This document shows, piece after piece, positions 17,161 through 29,479 of a DNA stretch of 32,000 nt. The notes under the pieces are model-generated. The model saw nothing but the letters and a program-made list of their open reading frames with translations. It was not told the DNA's origin and did no database searches. This DNA comes from Candidatus Saccharimonadota bacterium (GTDB lineage: Bacteria; Patescibacteriota; Gracilibacteria; UBA1369; 2-02-FULL-48-14): the NCBI GenBank assembly GCA_965230905.1, contig OZ246396.1, positions 660,001-692,000 on the forward strand, given 5' to 3'. The first letter of the stretch is position 1. Each line of letters starts with the position of its first letter. Both the position numbers and the translations under genes were made by a program.

Positions 17161-17182
17161 AGCCCCACCTTGCGGCAGGGCT
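17161..17182. terminator. bidirectional rho-independent terminator (rpoC and ORF 16513..17148)
   Basis: On the minus strand: GCCCTGCC-GCAA-GGTGGGGC, an 8-bp stem including two G.U pairs, followed by TTTTT. On the plus strand: the same hairpin with a 2x2 internal loop, followed by T7. It lies 43 nt after the rpoC stop. Confidence 0.7.
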
Positions 17183-17225
17183 TTTTTTGAATGTCCTTTT
17201 GATAGGCTCGACTTCGTCGAGTGGA

Positions 17226-20200
17226 CTAATCCTCGCGGGTGTCGATTTCCTCTCCGCGGAATTGTTTGCGGAAGGTTTCTCCGGCAGGGATCAAACGTCC
17301 GATGATCACGTTTTCCTTGAGACCGGCGAGCAGATCCACTCGGTGAGTGGTTGCAGCCTCCACGAGTACGCGGATGGTTTCTTGGAAGGAAGCGGCTGAG
17401 AGCCAGCTTTCCGTGTGCAGAGCGATACGAGTGAGTCCGAGGAGCAGTCGTTCGTATTCGATGACTGGCTTCTTTTTCTTTTCGAATTCGTTGTTTTCTT
17501 CCACCATCGTTTGGTAGTCCACGATTTCCCCTGGGAGGAAGTCGCTGGCTCCAGATTCCGCCACGCGGATCTTGGAGAACATCTGACGAGTGATGATTTC
17601 GATGTGCTTGTCGTTGATGGTTTGTCCTTGAGACGCGTAGATGCTTTGTACTTCAGACATGATGTACTTTTGCGTGGTGTAGATGTCCGTGAGCTTCATC
17701 AGCTTGCGGAGATTGAGGTGTCCTCCAGTGAGCGGAGTTCCCTTGGCCACGAGGTCGCCGTTCTTAACTTTAACGGTTTTACCAGAATCCACTTTGTATA
17801 CGGACTCAACCACATCTGGCTGAATAACGATTTCCTTTTTGCCGGCTTTCACTACCACTCCATCGAGCGTAGCGCGGAGTTTCTTTCCTCCTTTTTCAGC
17901 GAGCACATCTTTGATGTTGATCTTGTCGTCCTTCTTCACAACCACCTCGAATCCTTCTGGTACTTCGAAGGTTTCTTCGGGTACATCGGTTGGGGTGATG
18001 GTGATGACGGTTTGGTTGGCCTTGTTGCTCACGTTCACCTTTCCATCGATTTCCGCCAAGAGGGCAGGCTTCTTTGGAGTGCGGGCTTCGAAGAGTTCTT
18101 CCACACGAGTCAAACCTTGCGTGATATCGTCTTCGTCGGCGATTCCTCCCATGTGGAAGGTACGCATGGTGAGCTGAGTTCCAGGTTCTCCAATGGACTG
18201 AGCTGCAATGATTCCCACTGCGGTTCCCAGGTCCACGGTCTTGTTGGTTCCAAGGTCACGTCCGTAACACTTTTGGCAAACCCCGTTGAGGGTGAGACAA
18301 GTCATCACAGAACGTACACGGATGGTGGGCAGTTGATCTTCTTTAATGAGTTTGAGAGCAGCCTTGTCGATTTCGGTTCCGGCAGCGATCATCACTTTGC
18401 CTTTCTTATCGAGTACGTCTTCTCCAACCGTGCGTCCGAAGATTCGGTTTTCAAAGGCTTCTCCAATCTTTTCAGATTCTTCACGAGTCACCAAGTGAGT
18501 GCGGTCGGTTCCACAGTCTTCTGCCTTAATAACGATGTCCTGTACCGCGTCCACCAGACGTCGGGTGAGGTATCCGGCTTCAGCCGTCTTAAGCGCGGTG
18601 TCGGATTTACCTTTTCGTCCTCCGTGCGTCGCAATAAAGTATTCCAAGATCGTGAACCCTTCCATCAAGTTGGACTTGATTGGCAATTCAATGGTCTTAC
18701 CGGCGGGATTCGCCACGAGACCTTTCATTCCACATAGCTGAGTGATTTGTCCCCAGTTACCACGAGCTCCAGAATCTACTTGGTAGAAAATGTCGTTTTC
18801 AACATCGAAGCTTTCGATCATCTTTTTGGAGATGTCGTTCTTGGTCGTTCCCCAAACCTTAATGGCTTGGTTGTAACGTTCATCTTCCGTGATGAATCCG
18901 GTTTCAAAGTACTCTTGGATTTGAGCCACAATCTTTTCAGACTTCTTCATGATTTCTGCTTTCTCCTTAGGGATGTGCAGATCGGCTCCAGCAATGGAGA
19001 TTCCGGACTTGGTTGCGTACTTGAACCCGAGTTCCTTGAGGTCGTCACAAAGCTTAGCGGTCACTTCGATTCCATATTTTTCGAATACAAGCGCCACGAT
19101 TTCCGCGATTTCCTTTTTCTTCAAGGTGTGGTTTTGGTAACCCATTCCTTCTGGAACCACGGTGTTGTAAATGGCACGTCCAATGGTGGTCTCGATGATT
19201 TCACCACGCAGACGAATCTTAACCTTGGCTTGCAAATGAACTTCCTTGAAATCCATAGCAATGATGGCTTCTTCCAAGTTTCCAAACACTTTTCCTTCTC
19301 CCTTCTTGTTCTTCTGTTGAACCGTGAGGTAGTAGAGACCAAGCACCATGTCCTGAGTAGGAACGGTGATAGGTTCTCCGGCAGAAGGCTTCAAAAGGTT
19401 ACGAGCGGAACACATGAGTTCGCGGGCTTCTTCTTGAGCTTTGTTGGAAAGGGGAACGTGTACGGCCATCTGATCTCCGTCGAAGTCGGCGTTGAACGCA
19501 GAACATACGAGAGGGTGAACTTGAATAGCCTTACCTTCGATGAGTACAGGTCGGAACGCTTGGATACCCAGACGGTGCAGGGTAGGTGCACGGTTGAGGA
19601 GCACGTAGCGTCCTTTGGTCACGTCTTCCAAGATGTCCCAAATAGCTTTGTCGCTTCCTTGGATCATCTTTTCAGCGCTCTTGATGTTGTGAGCGTACCC
19701 ATCGTTGATGAGTTTTCCAATCACGAAAGGCTTGAAGAGTTCAAGCGCCATGATTTTTGGAAGTCCACATTCGTCGAGTTTGAGGTTTGGTCCAATAACG
19801 ATTACAGAACGTCCGGAGTAATCCACACGTTTACCGAGCAAGTTCTGTCGGAAACGTCCTTGTTTACCCTTGAGCATGTCAGACAGGGAACGGAGCTTGC
19901 GCTTGTCACCTGAGTTGAACACGGTCTTTCCTTGACGAGCTGAGTTATTGATCAAAGTGTCCACGGCTTCTTGAAGCATACGTTTTTCATTTCGGCAGAT
20001 TACCTCTGGTGCTCCAATCGCAATCAAACGTTTGAGACGGTTGTTACGGTTGATCACACGTCGGTAAAGGTCGTTCAAGTCGGAAGCGGCGTAACGCCCT
20101 CCATCGAGCTGAACCATCGGACGAAGATCTGGTGGAATAACAGGCAGAACGGTCATGATCATCCATTCTGATTTGATACCTGCTTTTACAAGAGATCCGA

Positions 20201-21041
20201 TGAGCTTGATGCGCTTCATGATCTTGGTTTTCTTTTGTCCGCTGGCCTTTTCCATTTCGACTTCCATGTCTTTGATCTCTTTGTCCATGTCCATGTTTCC
20301 AATAATCTTGTGCAGAGATTCCGCACCGGTACCGGCCTTGAACACGTGTCCGAATTTCATGGACATGTCTCGGTATTCAAGCTCGGTGAGCACCTTGCTG
20401 TTCTCCAGAGATTCCAAGTCCATGCGGGCTTGTTCCATTTGTTCGTTCAATTCTTCAACCTTGTTTGCTTGTTCTTTTTCAATATCCTTAGGGCTGGTTC
20501 CACCGGCACGAAGACGTTCTTCGTATTCACGGATCAAATCCTTTTTGTAGCTTTGGAACTCGTCGTCCAGCTGAGCAATCGCGGCTTCCTTAGCCTTTTC
20601 ATCCACTTCCGTGATGATGTAAGCGGCAAAGTACACGATTTGTTCGAGCGTCTTCACGGGCAAGTTGAGGAGCAAACCGATACGGCTTGGAGTTGAGCGC
20701 AGGAACCAAATATGAGTCACCGGCACCGCGAGGGTGATGTGTCCCATACGGCTTCGGCGAACGATAGAGCGGGTAACTTCCACTCCACATTTTTCACAAA
20801 TAACTCCCTTGTAACGAATGCGTTTGTATTTTCCACAGGCACATTCCCAGTTCTTCGTAGGACCGAAAATGCGTTCGCAGAAAAGTCCATCACGTTCCGG
20901 CTTTTGAGTTCGGTAGTTGATGGTCTCCGGCTTTTTCACTTCTCCATGAGACCAGGAAAGGATCTGTTCAGGGGAAGCAACGGAGATTGCAATCGCGTCA
21001 AAGAGCACAGGGGCTTTCTTTGAATCTTGATTGTTCATCAT
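17226..21041 (-). CDS. rpoC: DNA-directed RNA polymerase subunit beta-prime
   Basis: 1271 aa with the catalytic NADFDGDQM motif and the N-terminal zinc motif CACGKYKRIRYKGVICEKCGVEV. The start ATG overlaps the stop of the upstream antiporter gene (ATGA). Confidence 0.98.
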   Translation of the reverse strand: MMNNQDSKKAPVLFDAIAISVASPEQILSWSHGEVKKPETINYRTQKPERDGLFCERIFGPTKNWECACGKYKRIRYKGVICEKCGVEVTRSIVRRSRMGHITLAVPVTHIWFLRSTPSRIGLLLNLPVKTLEQIVYFAAYIITEVDEKAKEAAIAQLDDEFQSYKKDLIREYEERLRAGGTSPKDIEKEQANKVEELNEQMEQARMDLESLENSKVLTELEYRDMSMKFGHVFKAGTGAESLHKIIGNMDMDKEIKDMEVEMEKASGQKKTKIMKRIKLIGSLVKAGIKSEWMIMTVLPVIPPDLRPMVQLDGGRYAASDLNDLYRRVINRNNRLKRLIAIGAPEVICRNEKRMLQEAVDTLINNSARQGKTVFNSGDKRKLRSLSDMLKGKQGRFRQNLLGKRVDYSGRSVIVIGPNLKLDECGLPKIMALELFKPFVIGKLINDGYAHNIKSAEKMIQGSDKAIWDILEDVTKGRYVLLNRAPTLHRLGIQAFRPVLIEGKAIQVHPLVCSAFNADFDGDQMAVHVPLSNKAQEEARELMCSARNLLKPSAGEPITVPTQDMVLGLYYLTVQQKNKKGEGKVFGNLEEAIIAMDFKEVHLQAKVKIRLRGEIIETTIGRAIYNTVVPEGMGYQNHTLKKKEIAEIVALVFEKYGIEVTAKLCDDLKELGFKYATKSGISIAGADLHIPKEKAEIMKKSEKIVAQIQEYFETGFITEDERYNQAIKVWGTTKNDISKKMIESFDVENDIFYQVDSGARGNWGQITQLCGMKGLVANPAGKTIELPIKSNLMEGFTILEYFIATHGGRKGKSDTALKTAEAGYLTRRLVDAVQDIVIKAEDCGTDRTHLVTREESEKIGEAFENRIFGRTVGEDVLDKKGKVMIAAGTEIDKAALKLIKEDQLPTIRVRSVMTCLTLNGVCQKCYGRDLGTNKTVDLGTAVGIIAAQSIGEPGTQLTMRTFHMGGIADEDDITQGLTRVEELFEARTPKKPALLAEIDGKVNVSNKANQTVITITPTDVPEETFEVPEGFEVVVKKDDKINIKDVLAEKGGKKLRATLDGVVVKAGKKEIVIQPDVVESVYKVDSGKTVKVKNGDLVAKGTPLTGGHLNLRKLMKLTDIYTTQKYIMSEVQSIYASQGQTINDKHIEIITRQMFSKIRVAESGASDFLPGEIVDYQTMVEENNEFEKKKKPVIEYERLLLGLTRIALHTESWLSAASFQETIRVLVEAATTHRVDLLAGLKENVIIGRLIPAGETFRKQFRGEEIDTRED

Positions 21042-21988
21042 GAGAATAAAGGATTAATAAATTGAAGTAAGAATACGAGGTAGAGCAGAATCATGAGTGC
21101 CCCCTCGTAAGCGGACCACTTTTTTTGAAGTGTAGAAAAAGTAAACAAAATGAGAGCAATGAGCAGAAAGGGCAGGGCCAAGTTGAGCGTATCACCGGTT
21201 ACATTCAGCGTTCCGAAGAAAGAAGGAATGGCCATGACGAGGGTTGCGTTTAGCACCGTGGAAGCCACGAGCAAACTCACCACTGCGTCTCCATTTCCCC
21301 GTTTTGCGGCCCGGTGTGCGAGCAGCATTTCTGGGGCAGACACTCCGAGCGCAACCACGCTGCCACCCAGCACGCTGGGAAGCCAGTTTTGCATTTCGGA
21401 AATCTCAATCACTCCGGTTACCGTGAAGTAGGCTCCGGCCACTAACGCAGCTGCACTCAGCAGAAGGGTCAGGGCAAGGGGAGCGCTCCAAGCTTCCATA
21501 TTGAAAAGTTGGCTGATACGGTCCATGAGGCCTTGTTTGTGGTCTTCACGGCGAGCTGCCAAAAAGACGCCAAGCGCAAGGAGCAGGACACCGCCTTCGA
21601 TTGCCGTGAGGCTTCCGTCGGCGGAAAGAACAACGAGCAAGAACAAAGTACCGAGCAGTAAAGGCACTTGCCGAATGGTGCTCTCTTTCTGCACGCTTAA
21701 CGTTCGTGTGGTCAGTGCGCAGATTCCCATGATCAACAATAAGTTGACCAGGTTTGCGCCCCACACGTAAGCGGGGACAAAAGAGGAGTACCCTTTAGCG
21801 GAAGCTACTGTGGAAATCACCAGTTCAGGCAAGCTGACGCCCAGAGCCATGAGCACCACGCCCCAAAAGAAGGGAGAGAGCTTGCTGGCCCGCGCGCCTT
21901 CCTCTGCCTTGGCAGCAAAGACCTGGGAGGCCGCTGCTGCCACTGCGAGGGAGCTTACGAGGATGAGAGTCCAGAGTAAAATTTGCAT
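21038..21988 (-). CDS. CaCA-superfamily cation/Ca2+ antiporter (YrbG-like Na+/Ca2+ exchanger family)
   Basis: 316 aa and about 10 predicted TM helices. Two internally repeated alpha-repeat signatures, ALGVSLPELVIST...GANLVNLLL and ALGVSAPEMLLAH, correspond to the G(T/S)SxPE motifs. It starts 28 nt after the rpoB stop. Confidence 0.75.
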   Translation of the reverse strand: MQILLWTLILVSSLAVAAAASQVFAAKAEEGARASKLSPFFWGVVLMALGVSLPELVISTVASAKGYSSFVPAYVWGANLVNLLLIMGICALTTRTLSVQKESTIRQVPLLLGTLFLLVVLSADGSLTAIEGGVLLLALGVFLAARREDHKQGLMDRISQLFNMEAWSAPLALTLLLSAAALVAGAYFTVTGVIEISEMQNWLPSVLGGSVVALGVSAPEMLLAHRAAKRGNGDAVVSLLVASTVLNATLVMAIPSFFGTLNVTGDTLNLALPFLLIALILFTFSTLQKKWSAYEGALMILLYLVFLLQFINPLFS

Positions 21989-22016
21989 TTAAAGTGAATT
22001 AAGGGAGAGGGCAGGA

Positions 22017-25565
<3,549 letters not shown>

Positions 25566-25689
25566 GGGGCTGAGTCGGATTAAGGATGTAAAAAAACGAA
25601 ACTAGACGGATTCCGCTAGGGGAACCCGACTATCGTGCTTTGCTCTCTTGCGCAACTAAATCTGTAATTCGAGAGCGATGTCGACTGCT

Positions 25690-25717
25690 ATTTTATTTAT
25701 AAATGACCAATTGTCAA
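25690..25717 (-). promoter_or_regulatory. sigma70-like promoter for the rpoB operon
   Basis: The minus strand reads TTGACA-N16-TAAAAT. It predicts a 5' leader of roughly 115-120 nt before the rpoB ATG. Confidence 0.5.
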
Positions 25718-25791
25718 TCTAAAAAGTAGACATGATGAAATCCCCTGCTCGGCGAGTTTGGTTGACAAGCGCAATGAATCATTGAATAAAC

Positions 25792-25821
25792 TTGTGCGCG
25801 TGCACAGATTGCTGGTAAAAT
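25792..25821 (+). promoter_or_regulatory. candidate promoter of the ABC exporter gene with an embedded palindromic operator-like motif
   Basis: TTGTGC-N18-TAAAAT, then 9 nt to the ATG at 25831. The segment TTGTGCGCGTGCACA (25792..25806) matches the 16363..16382 palindrome at 14 of 15 positions. An alternative upstream promoter, TTGACA(25762)-N17-AATAAA, would place the motif at the transcription start. Confidence 0.4.
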
Positions 25822-25830
25822 TTGCCAATT

Positions 25831-27585
25831 ATGAAACAAAGCACCAAGCTCACTTTACGATTTTATGCAAAATATGTGCGCCGGCACTGGGTTTTGGCTT
25901 TGGTGGGCCTGATTGGCGCAATTGGGGGAGCGGCCGGTACGATGATTTTGCCCTTCTTTTTTAAGGATTTTGCAGATGCGCTTACAGCGGGCGAGACGGA
26001 AAAACTGGTGCCCATTCTTATAAGCATGACCGTGGTGTCTTTGGTGGAGTTCGCCTTTTGGCGGACTTCGTTTTATGCGATGGCTTCTTTTGAGGCCACG
26101 GGGATGAAGGAAATTGCGGATGATTGCTTTGAATATTTGCATAAACATTCCTTTAACTTTTTTAGCAATCAATTCGTGGGTTCGCTGGTGAAGCGGGCGA
26201 ACCGAATGGCGCGCAGCTTTGAAGATATTATGGATCGTCTTTATTACGACTTCACGACTTTGGCGGTGCGCATAAGCATTGCGATTGTGGTTTTCTTCTC
26301 CATCGATATGACCTTGGGTTTGATTGTTTTTGCTTGGGTGGTGATTTTTATGGGACTGCACTTGAAGATCGGAAATTATAAGATGGCTCGTTACGACGTG
26401 CCTAAGTCGTTGGCTGACACACGAGTGACCGGCGCGCTGGCGGACACGGTGACCAACAACAGCACTATTAAATTGTTTGCGCGGCTGCCTTTTGAAAAAG
26501 TGGAGTTTGGGAAGGTGACTAAGGATTGGTCTTCCAAAGTCAGGGCTTCTTGGTTCTTCAGTAATCACGTGGAAAGTGTGCAAGTTTTATTTATGGTGGG
26601 GCTGAATTCTTTGGTGCTTTATATCGCGATTGGTATGTGGGAAGAGGGTACTCTTTCGGTTGGATATTTTATTTTATTTCAAACGTATTTTATTGAACTC
26701 TTTTCGCAACTGTGGAGCTTTGAACGTGTGCTTCGGCATTTTTATGAGAACCTCGCAGATGCCGAGGAAATGACGGAAATTTTGAACATGCCTTTTGAAG
26801 TGGTGGATGTGCGCGGTGCCAAAAAACTGCTGGCAAAAAAAGGCGAAGTGAAGTTTGAAAATGTTTCGTTTTCCTACACGGATGATGAAGAAAGCAGTGT
26901 GGTTAAAAATTTGTCTTTCGTGGTGGAGGCAGGGGAGCGCGTGGCTTTGATTGGACCTTCGGGCGGAGGAAAAACGACCATCGTAAAATTGCTGCTGCGT
27001 TTGTTCGATGTGGATAAAGGGCAGATTTTAATCGATGGTCAGGACAGTTCCAAAGTGACGCAGGACAGTTTGCGTGCGAATATTGCACTGGTGCCGCAGG
27101 ATCCGATTTTGTTCCACCGAACGCTCATGGAAAACATTCGTTATGGAAAATTGGATGCCACGGACAGCGAAGTTTTTCGCGCTGCAAAATTGGCGCACTG
27201 CCACGAATTTATTTCTAAATTTCCAAGTGGCTACAAAACTTTGGTGGGGGAACGTGGCGTGAAACTTTCCGGCGGAGAGCGTCAACGCGTGGCGATTGCC
27301 CGTGCCATTTTAGCCGACACAAAGATTTTAATTTTGGATGAGGCGACGAGCAGTTTGGACAGCGAATCCGAAAAACTTATTAAGGACGCGATGCGCGTTT
27401 TGATGAAAGGAAAAACAGTGTTCATTATTGCGCACCGGCTTTCTACTATTGTGGATATGGATCGCATAATTGTGCTCGAAAAAGGTCGTATTGTGGAAGA
27501 AGGCGGTCACAAAGATTTACTTAAAAAGAAAGGCGGGCTTTACAAGCGCCTTTGGGATTTGCAAGTGGGTGGTTATTTGGAGTGA
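25831..27585 (+). CDS. ABC transporter, fused permease/ATPase (type I exporter, MsbA-like)
   Basis: N-terminal six-helix TMD. The NBD carries Walker A GPSGGGKTT, Q-loop VPQDP, signature LSGGERQRVAIARA, Walker B ILILDEATS and H-loop IIAHRLS. The ATG at 25831 (MKQSTKL) is preferred over the TTG at 25822 used by the ORF track. Confidence 0.9.
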   Translation: MKQSTKLTLRFYAKYVRRHWVLALVGLIGAIGGAAGTMILPFFFKDFADALTAGETEKLVPILISMTVVSLVEFAFWRTSFYAMASFEATGMKEIADDCFEYLHKHSFNFFSNQFVGSLVKRANRMARSFEDIMDRLYYDFTTLAVRISIAIVVFFSIDMTLGLIVFAWVVIFMGLHLKIGNYKMARYDVPKSLADTRVTGALADTVTNNSTIKLFARLPFEKVEFGKVTKDWSSKVRASWFFSNHVESVQVLFMVGLNSLVLYIAIGMWEEGTLSVGYFILFQTYFIELFSQLWSFERVLRHFYENLADAEEMTEILNMPFEVVDVRGAKKLLAKKGEVKFENVSFSYTDDEESSVVKNLSFVVEAGERVALIGPSGGGKTTIVKLLLRLFDVDKGQILIDGQDSSKVTQDSLRANIALVPQDPILFHRTLMENIRYGKLDATDSEVFRAAKLAHCHEFISKFPSGYKTLVGERGVKLSGGERQRVAIARAILADTKILILDEATSSLDSESEKLIKDAMRVLMKGKTVFIIAHRLSTIVDMDRIIVLEKGRIVEEGGHKDLLKKKGGLYKRLWDLQVGGYLE

Positions 27586-27589
27586 GCTA

Positions 27590-28009
27590 CTAGCGGAAAA
27601 ATAAGCCTTTTATAGTATTGGCAAAACTATTGGTGTGACGTAAAACCGTATGAGCTTCGGATCTTTTATTCCCGCGAACCGTTTCCCTTAAGGCAGCTTT
27701 AATCTTTGCCTCCGCCTCCATAATACCAAGCTCACCCTTTGCATTTAGATAAGTGACTAAGTATGGATTTGTTTCGTTTTGAAAACGTTCTCTAGCGGCT
27801 TCGTCCAAGTTTACTCCCTGGCTATCCAGGCAATGACGTAAGGCGTCTTGGAGGTTTGGAATAGTTGCAGATGATTGAGCTTCTTTACGTGCTGCAGCTA
27901 GGGATTTTATTAAGTCGTGCAAAGGTTTGTCCTCCGGTAGGCGCTTTTTTTTACGAGCCAGATTCTTTGAGTCCTCGATTTCCCGAGTTGCTTGATGACG
28001 GTCATTCAT
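27590..28009 (-). CDS. hypothetical basic helical protein
   Basis: 139-aa ORF converging on the ABC gene with a 4-nt gap. It is Lys/Arg/Glu-rich with no recognisable motif. Confidence 0.45.
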   Translation of the reverse strand: MNDRHQATREIEDSKNLARKKKRLPEDKPLHDLIKSLAAARKEAQSSATIPNLQDALRHCLDSQGVNLDEAARERFQNETNPYLVTYLNAKGELGIMEAEAKIKAALRETVRGNKRSEAHTVLRHTNSFANTIKGLFFR

Positions 28010-28109
28010 GTGTGTGGAAGAGTAGTTCTGATTTTTATTTTTTTCAATCAGATTATTATACGCTTTTTTGGACTTTCATTCAAGCTAAGCCCTTTGTTAG
28101 ACTTACGGC

Positions 28110-28778
28110 ATGGATGTAAAGATTCACGATTCGTGGAAAAAGCATTTGGAAGCGGAATTTGAAAAACCCTATTTCAAAGAGCTCGTGGAGTTCGTGAAGA
28201 GCGAGTACACGGGCAAAAAAATCTATCCGCCGCCGGCGAATATTTTTCGTGCCTTTGAACTGTGTCCGTTTGAAAAAGTGAAAGTAGTGATTTTGGGACA
28301 GGATCCGTATCACGGAGTGGGGCAGGCGAATGGACTGTGTTTTTCTGTGAATCACGGGGTTCACAATCCGCCGTCGCTGCAAAATATTTTCAAAGAAATG
28401 AAGGACGATGTGGGTGGTGAAATGCGGATGGATGGAAATTTGGAGGACTGGGCGCGGCAGGGCGTTTTGCTTTTGAATGCAACTTTAACGGTGGAGGCGA
28501 GTAAGGCGGGTTCGCATCAAAAAAAAGGTTGGGAATCTTTTACTGACGCCGTTATAAAAGTGCTCTCCGATGAAAAAGAAAACCTCGTGTTTATTTTGTG
28601 GGGACGTTATGCGCAAGAAAAAGGCGCCGTGATTGATGAGAAAAAACATTTGGTTTTACGGGCGGCGCACCCATCGCCATTTTCTGCTTACAGCGGATTT
28701 TTTGGCAGCAAACCGTTCAGCAAAACCAATGAGTATTTGGAGGGGAAGGGGGTTGACAAAATACAGTGGGCTGCTTAG
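28110..28778 (+). CDS. ung: uracil-DNA glycosylase, family 1
   Basis: 222 aa with the water-activating loop GQDPYHG, LLLNATLTV and the Leu-intercalation loop region HPSPFSA. Confidence 0.92.
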   Translation: MDVKIHDSWKKHLEAEFEKPYFKELVEFVKSEYTGKKIYPPPANIFRAFELCPFEKVKVVILGQDPYHGVGQANGLCFSVNHGVHNPPSLQNIFKEMKDDVGGEMRMDGNLEDWARQGVLLLNATLTVEASKAGSHQKKGWESFTDAVIKVLSDEKENLVFILWGRYAQEKGAVIDEKKHLVLRAAHPSPFSAYSGFFGSKPFSKTNEYLEGKGVDKIQWAA

Positions 28779-28789
28779 AATCAGGTGCT

Positions 28790-29479
28790 ATGAATCTGGC
28801 TGAGCACGATATAGAGCAGGAAACTATTGCAGGACCCTGCCCTGAATTTCCAAATGGGTATGGGCGCGTATGGCGAACAGAGGAGCCACTTCCTGCCATT
28901 GATTTAGTTCGTGAGAACCCTGACTTTTTTGAGTCTTTGTTGAAGGAAACAGGGGTGATAAATGTTGTGAACTCAGAAGTTGGGGGGTCTCCAACTATAC
29001 CCCCTAAGCGGTCAAGGTTTTTGCCCCTTCATAAGGATGAGGTGGCATCTTTGGCGTTTCAGGCTAGTGATCGTACAAACCCACGTCCATTTCCTTTTCA
29101 AACGGCTCCAATGTCCGTTGCGGCTAATGGACTTCGTCAACGTGCTTCAGTTTGGCTTGAAAATCGCGGCCTCGACTTAGAAATAAGAGAGGTAATGGAG
29201 CGATTTTTATTGTCAGGCGGAGGAGACGACTACATTGTATTGCTTGCAGATCGCATGAGTGCCCGATTTTCCACTTCACAAATTACTAAAACTTTTCGGA
29301 CTTTTTTAAGAGAGGCTCATACTTTTAGTAGCCCTAAATACGATCATTCTTTTCTTGAATTCCCAAACTCTACGTTGCTTGTTTCTGGACTTGTTCAACA
29401 TGGCCGCTTTGTGCCAGAAGATTTATTAGATAAGGCGGACACGCCGTATCTACACTCGTGGATTTCCTATAGATACTAG
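28790..29479 (+). CDS. hypothetical protein; weak HxD...H(GR) pattern reminiscent of Fe(II)/2-oxoglutarate dioxygenases
   Basis: The ORF is open from 28766. The ATG at 28790 (MNLAEHD) avoids overlap with ung and gives 229 aa. It contains LPLHKDEV (H81-x-D83) and LLVSGLVQHGRF (H204). Its stop shares a CTAG tetranucleotide with the serS stop. Confidence 0.5.
   Translation: MNLAEHDIEQETIAGPCPEFPNGYGRVWRTEEPLPAIDLVRENPDFFESLLKETGVINVVNSEVGGSPTIPPKRSRFLPLHKDEVASLAFQASDRTNPRPFPFQTAPMSVAANGLRQRASVWLENRGLDLEIREVMERFLLSGGGDDYIVLLADRMSARFSTSQITKTFRTFLREAHTFSSPKYDHSFLEFPNSTLLVSGLVQHGRFVPEDLLDKADTPYLHSWISYRY

Noticed and set aside
17415-19913. Very long plus-strand ORFs (440 aa at 17415..18737 and 388 aa at 18747..19913) antisense to rpoC. 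Similar antisense ORFs lie in rpoB (23274..24275, 24507..25244), tuf (2551..3312), fusA (6199..6792) and the surface-protein gene.
   Set aside because: They lie entirely inside strongly supported conserved genes. Their translations are low-complexity (Val/Phe/Ser/Gly-rich) with no motifs. This is the known shadow-ORF effect of biased codon usage on the sense strand.
25758-26583. ORFs 25758..25964 (+) and 25855..26583 (-) overlapping the start of the ABC exporter gene.
   Set aside because: Both overlap the well-supported ABC transporter reading frame or its promoter. The minus-strand product is a basic low-complexity shadow translation.
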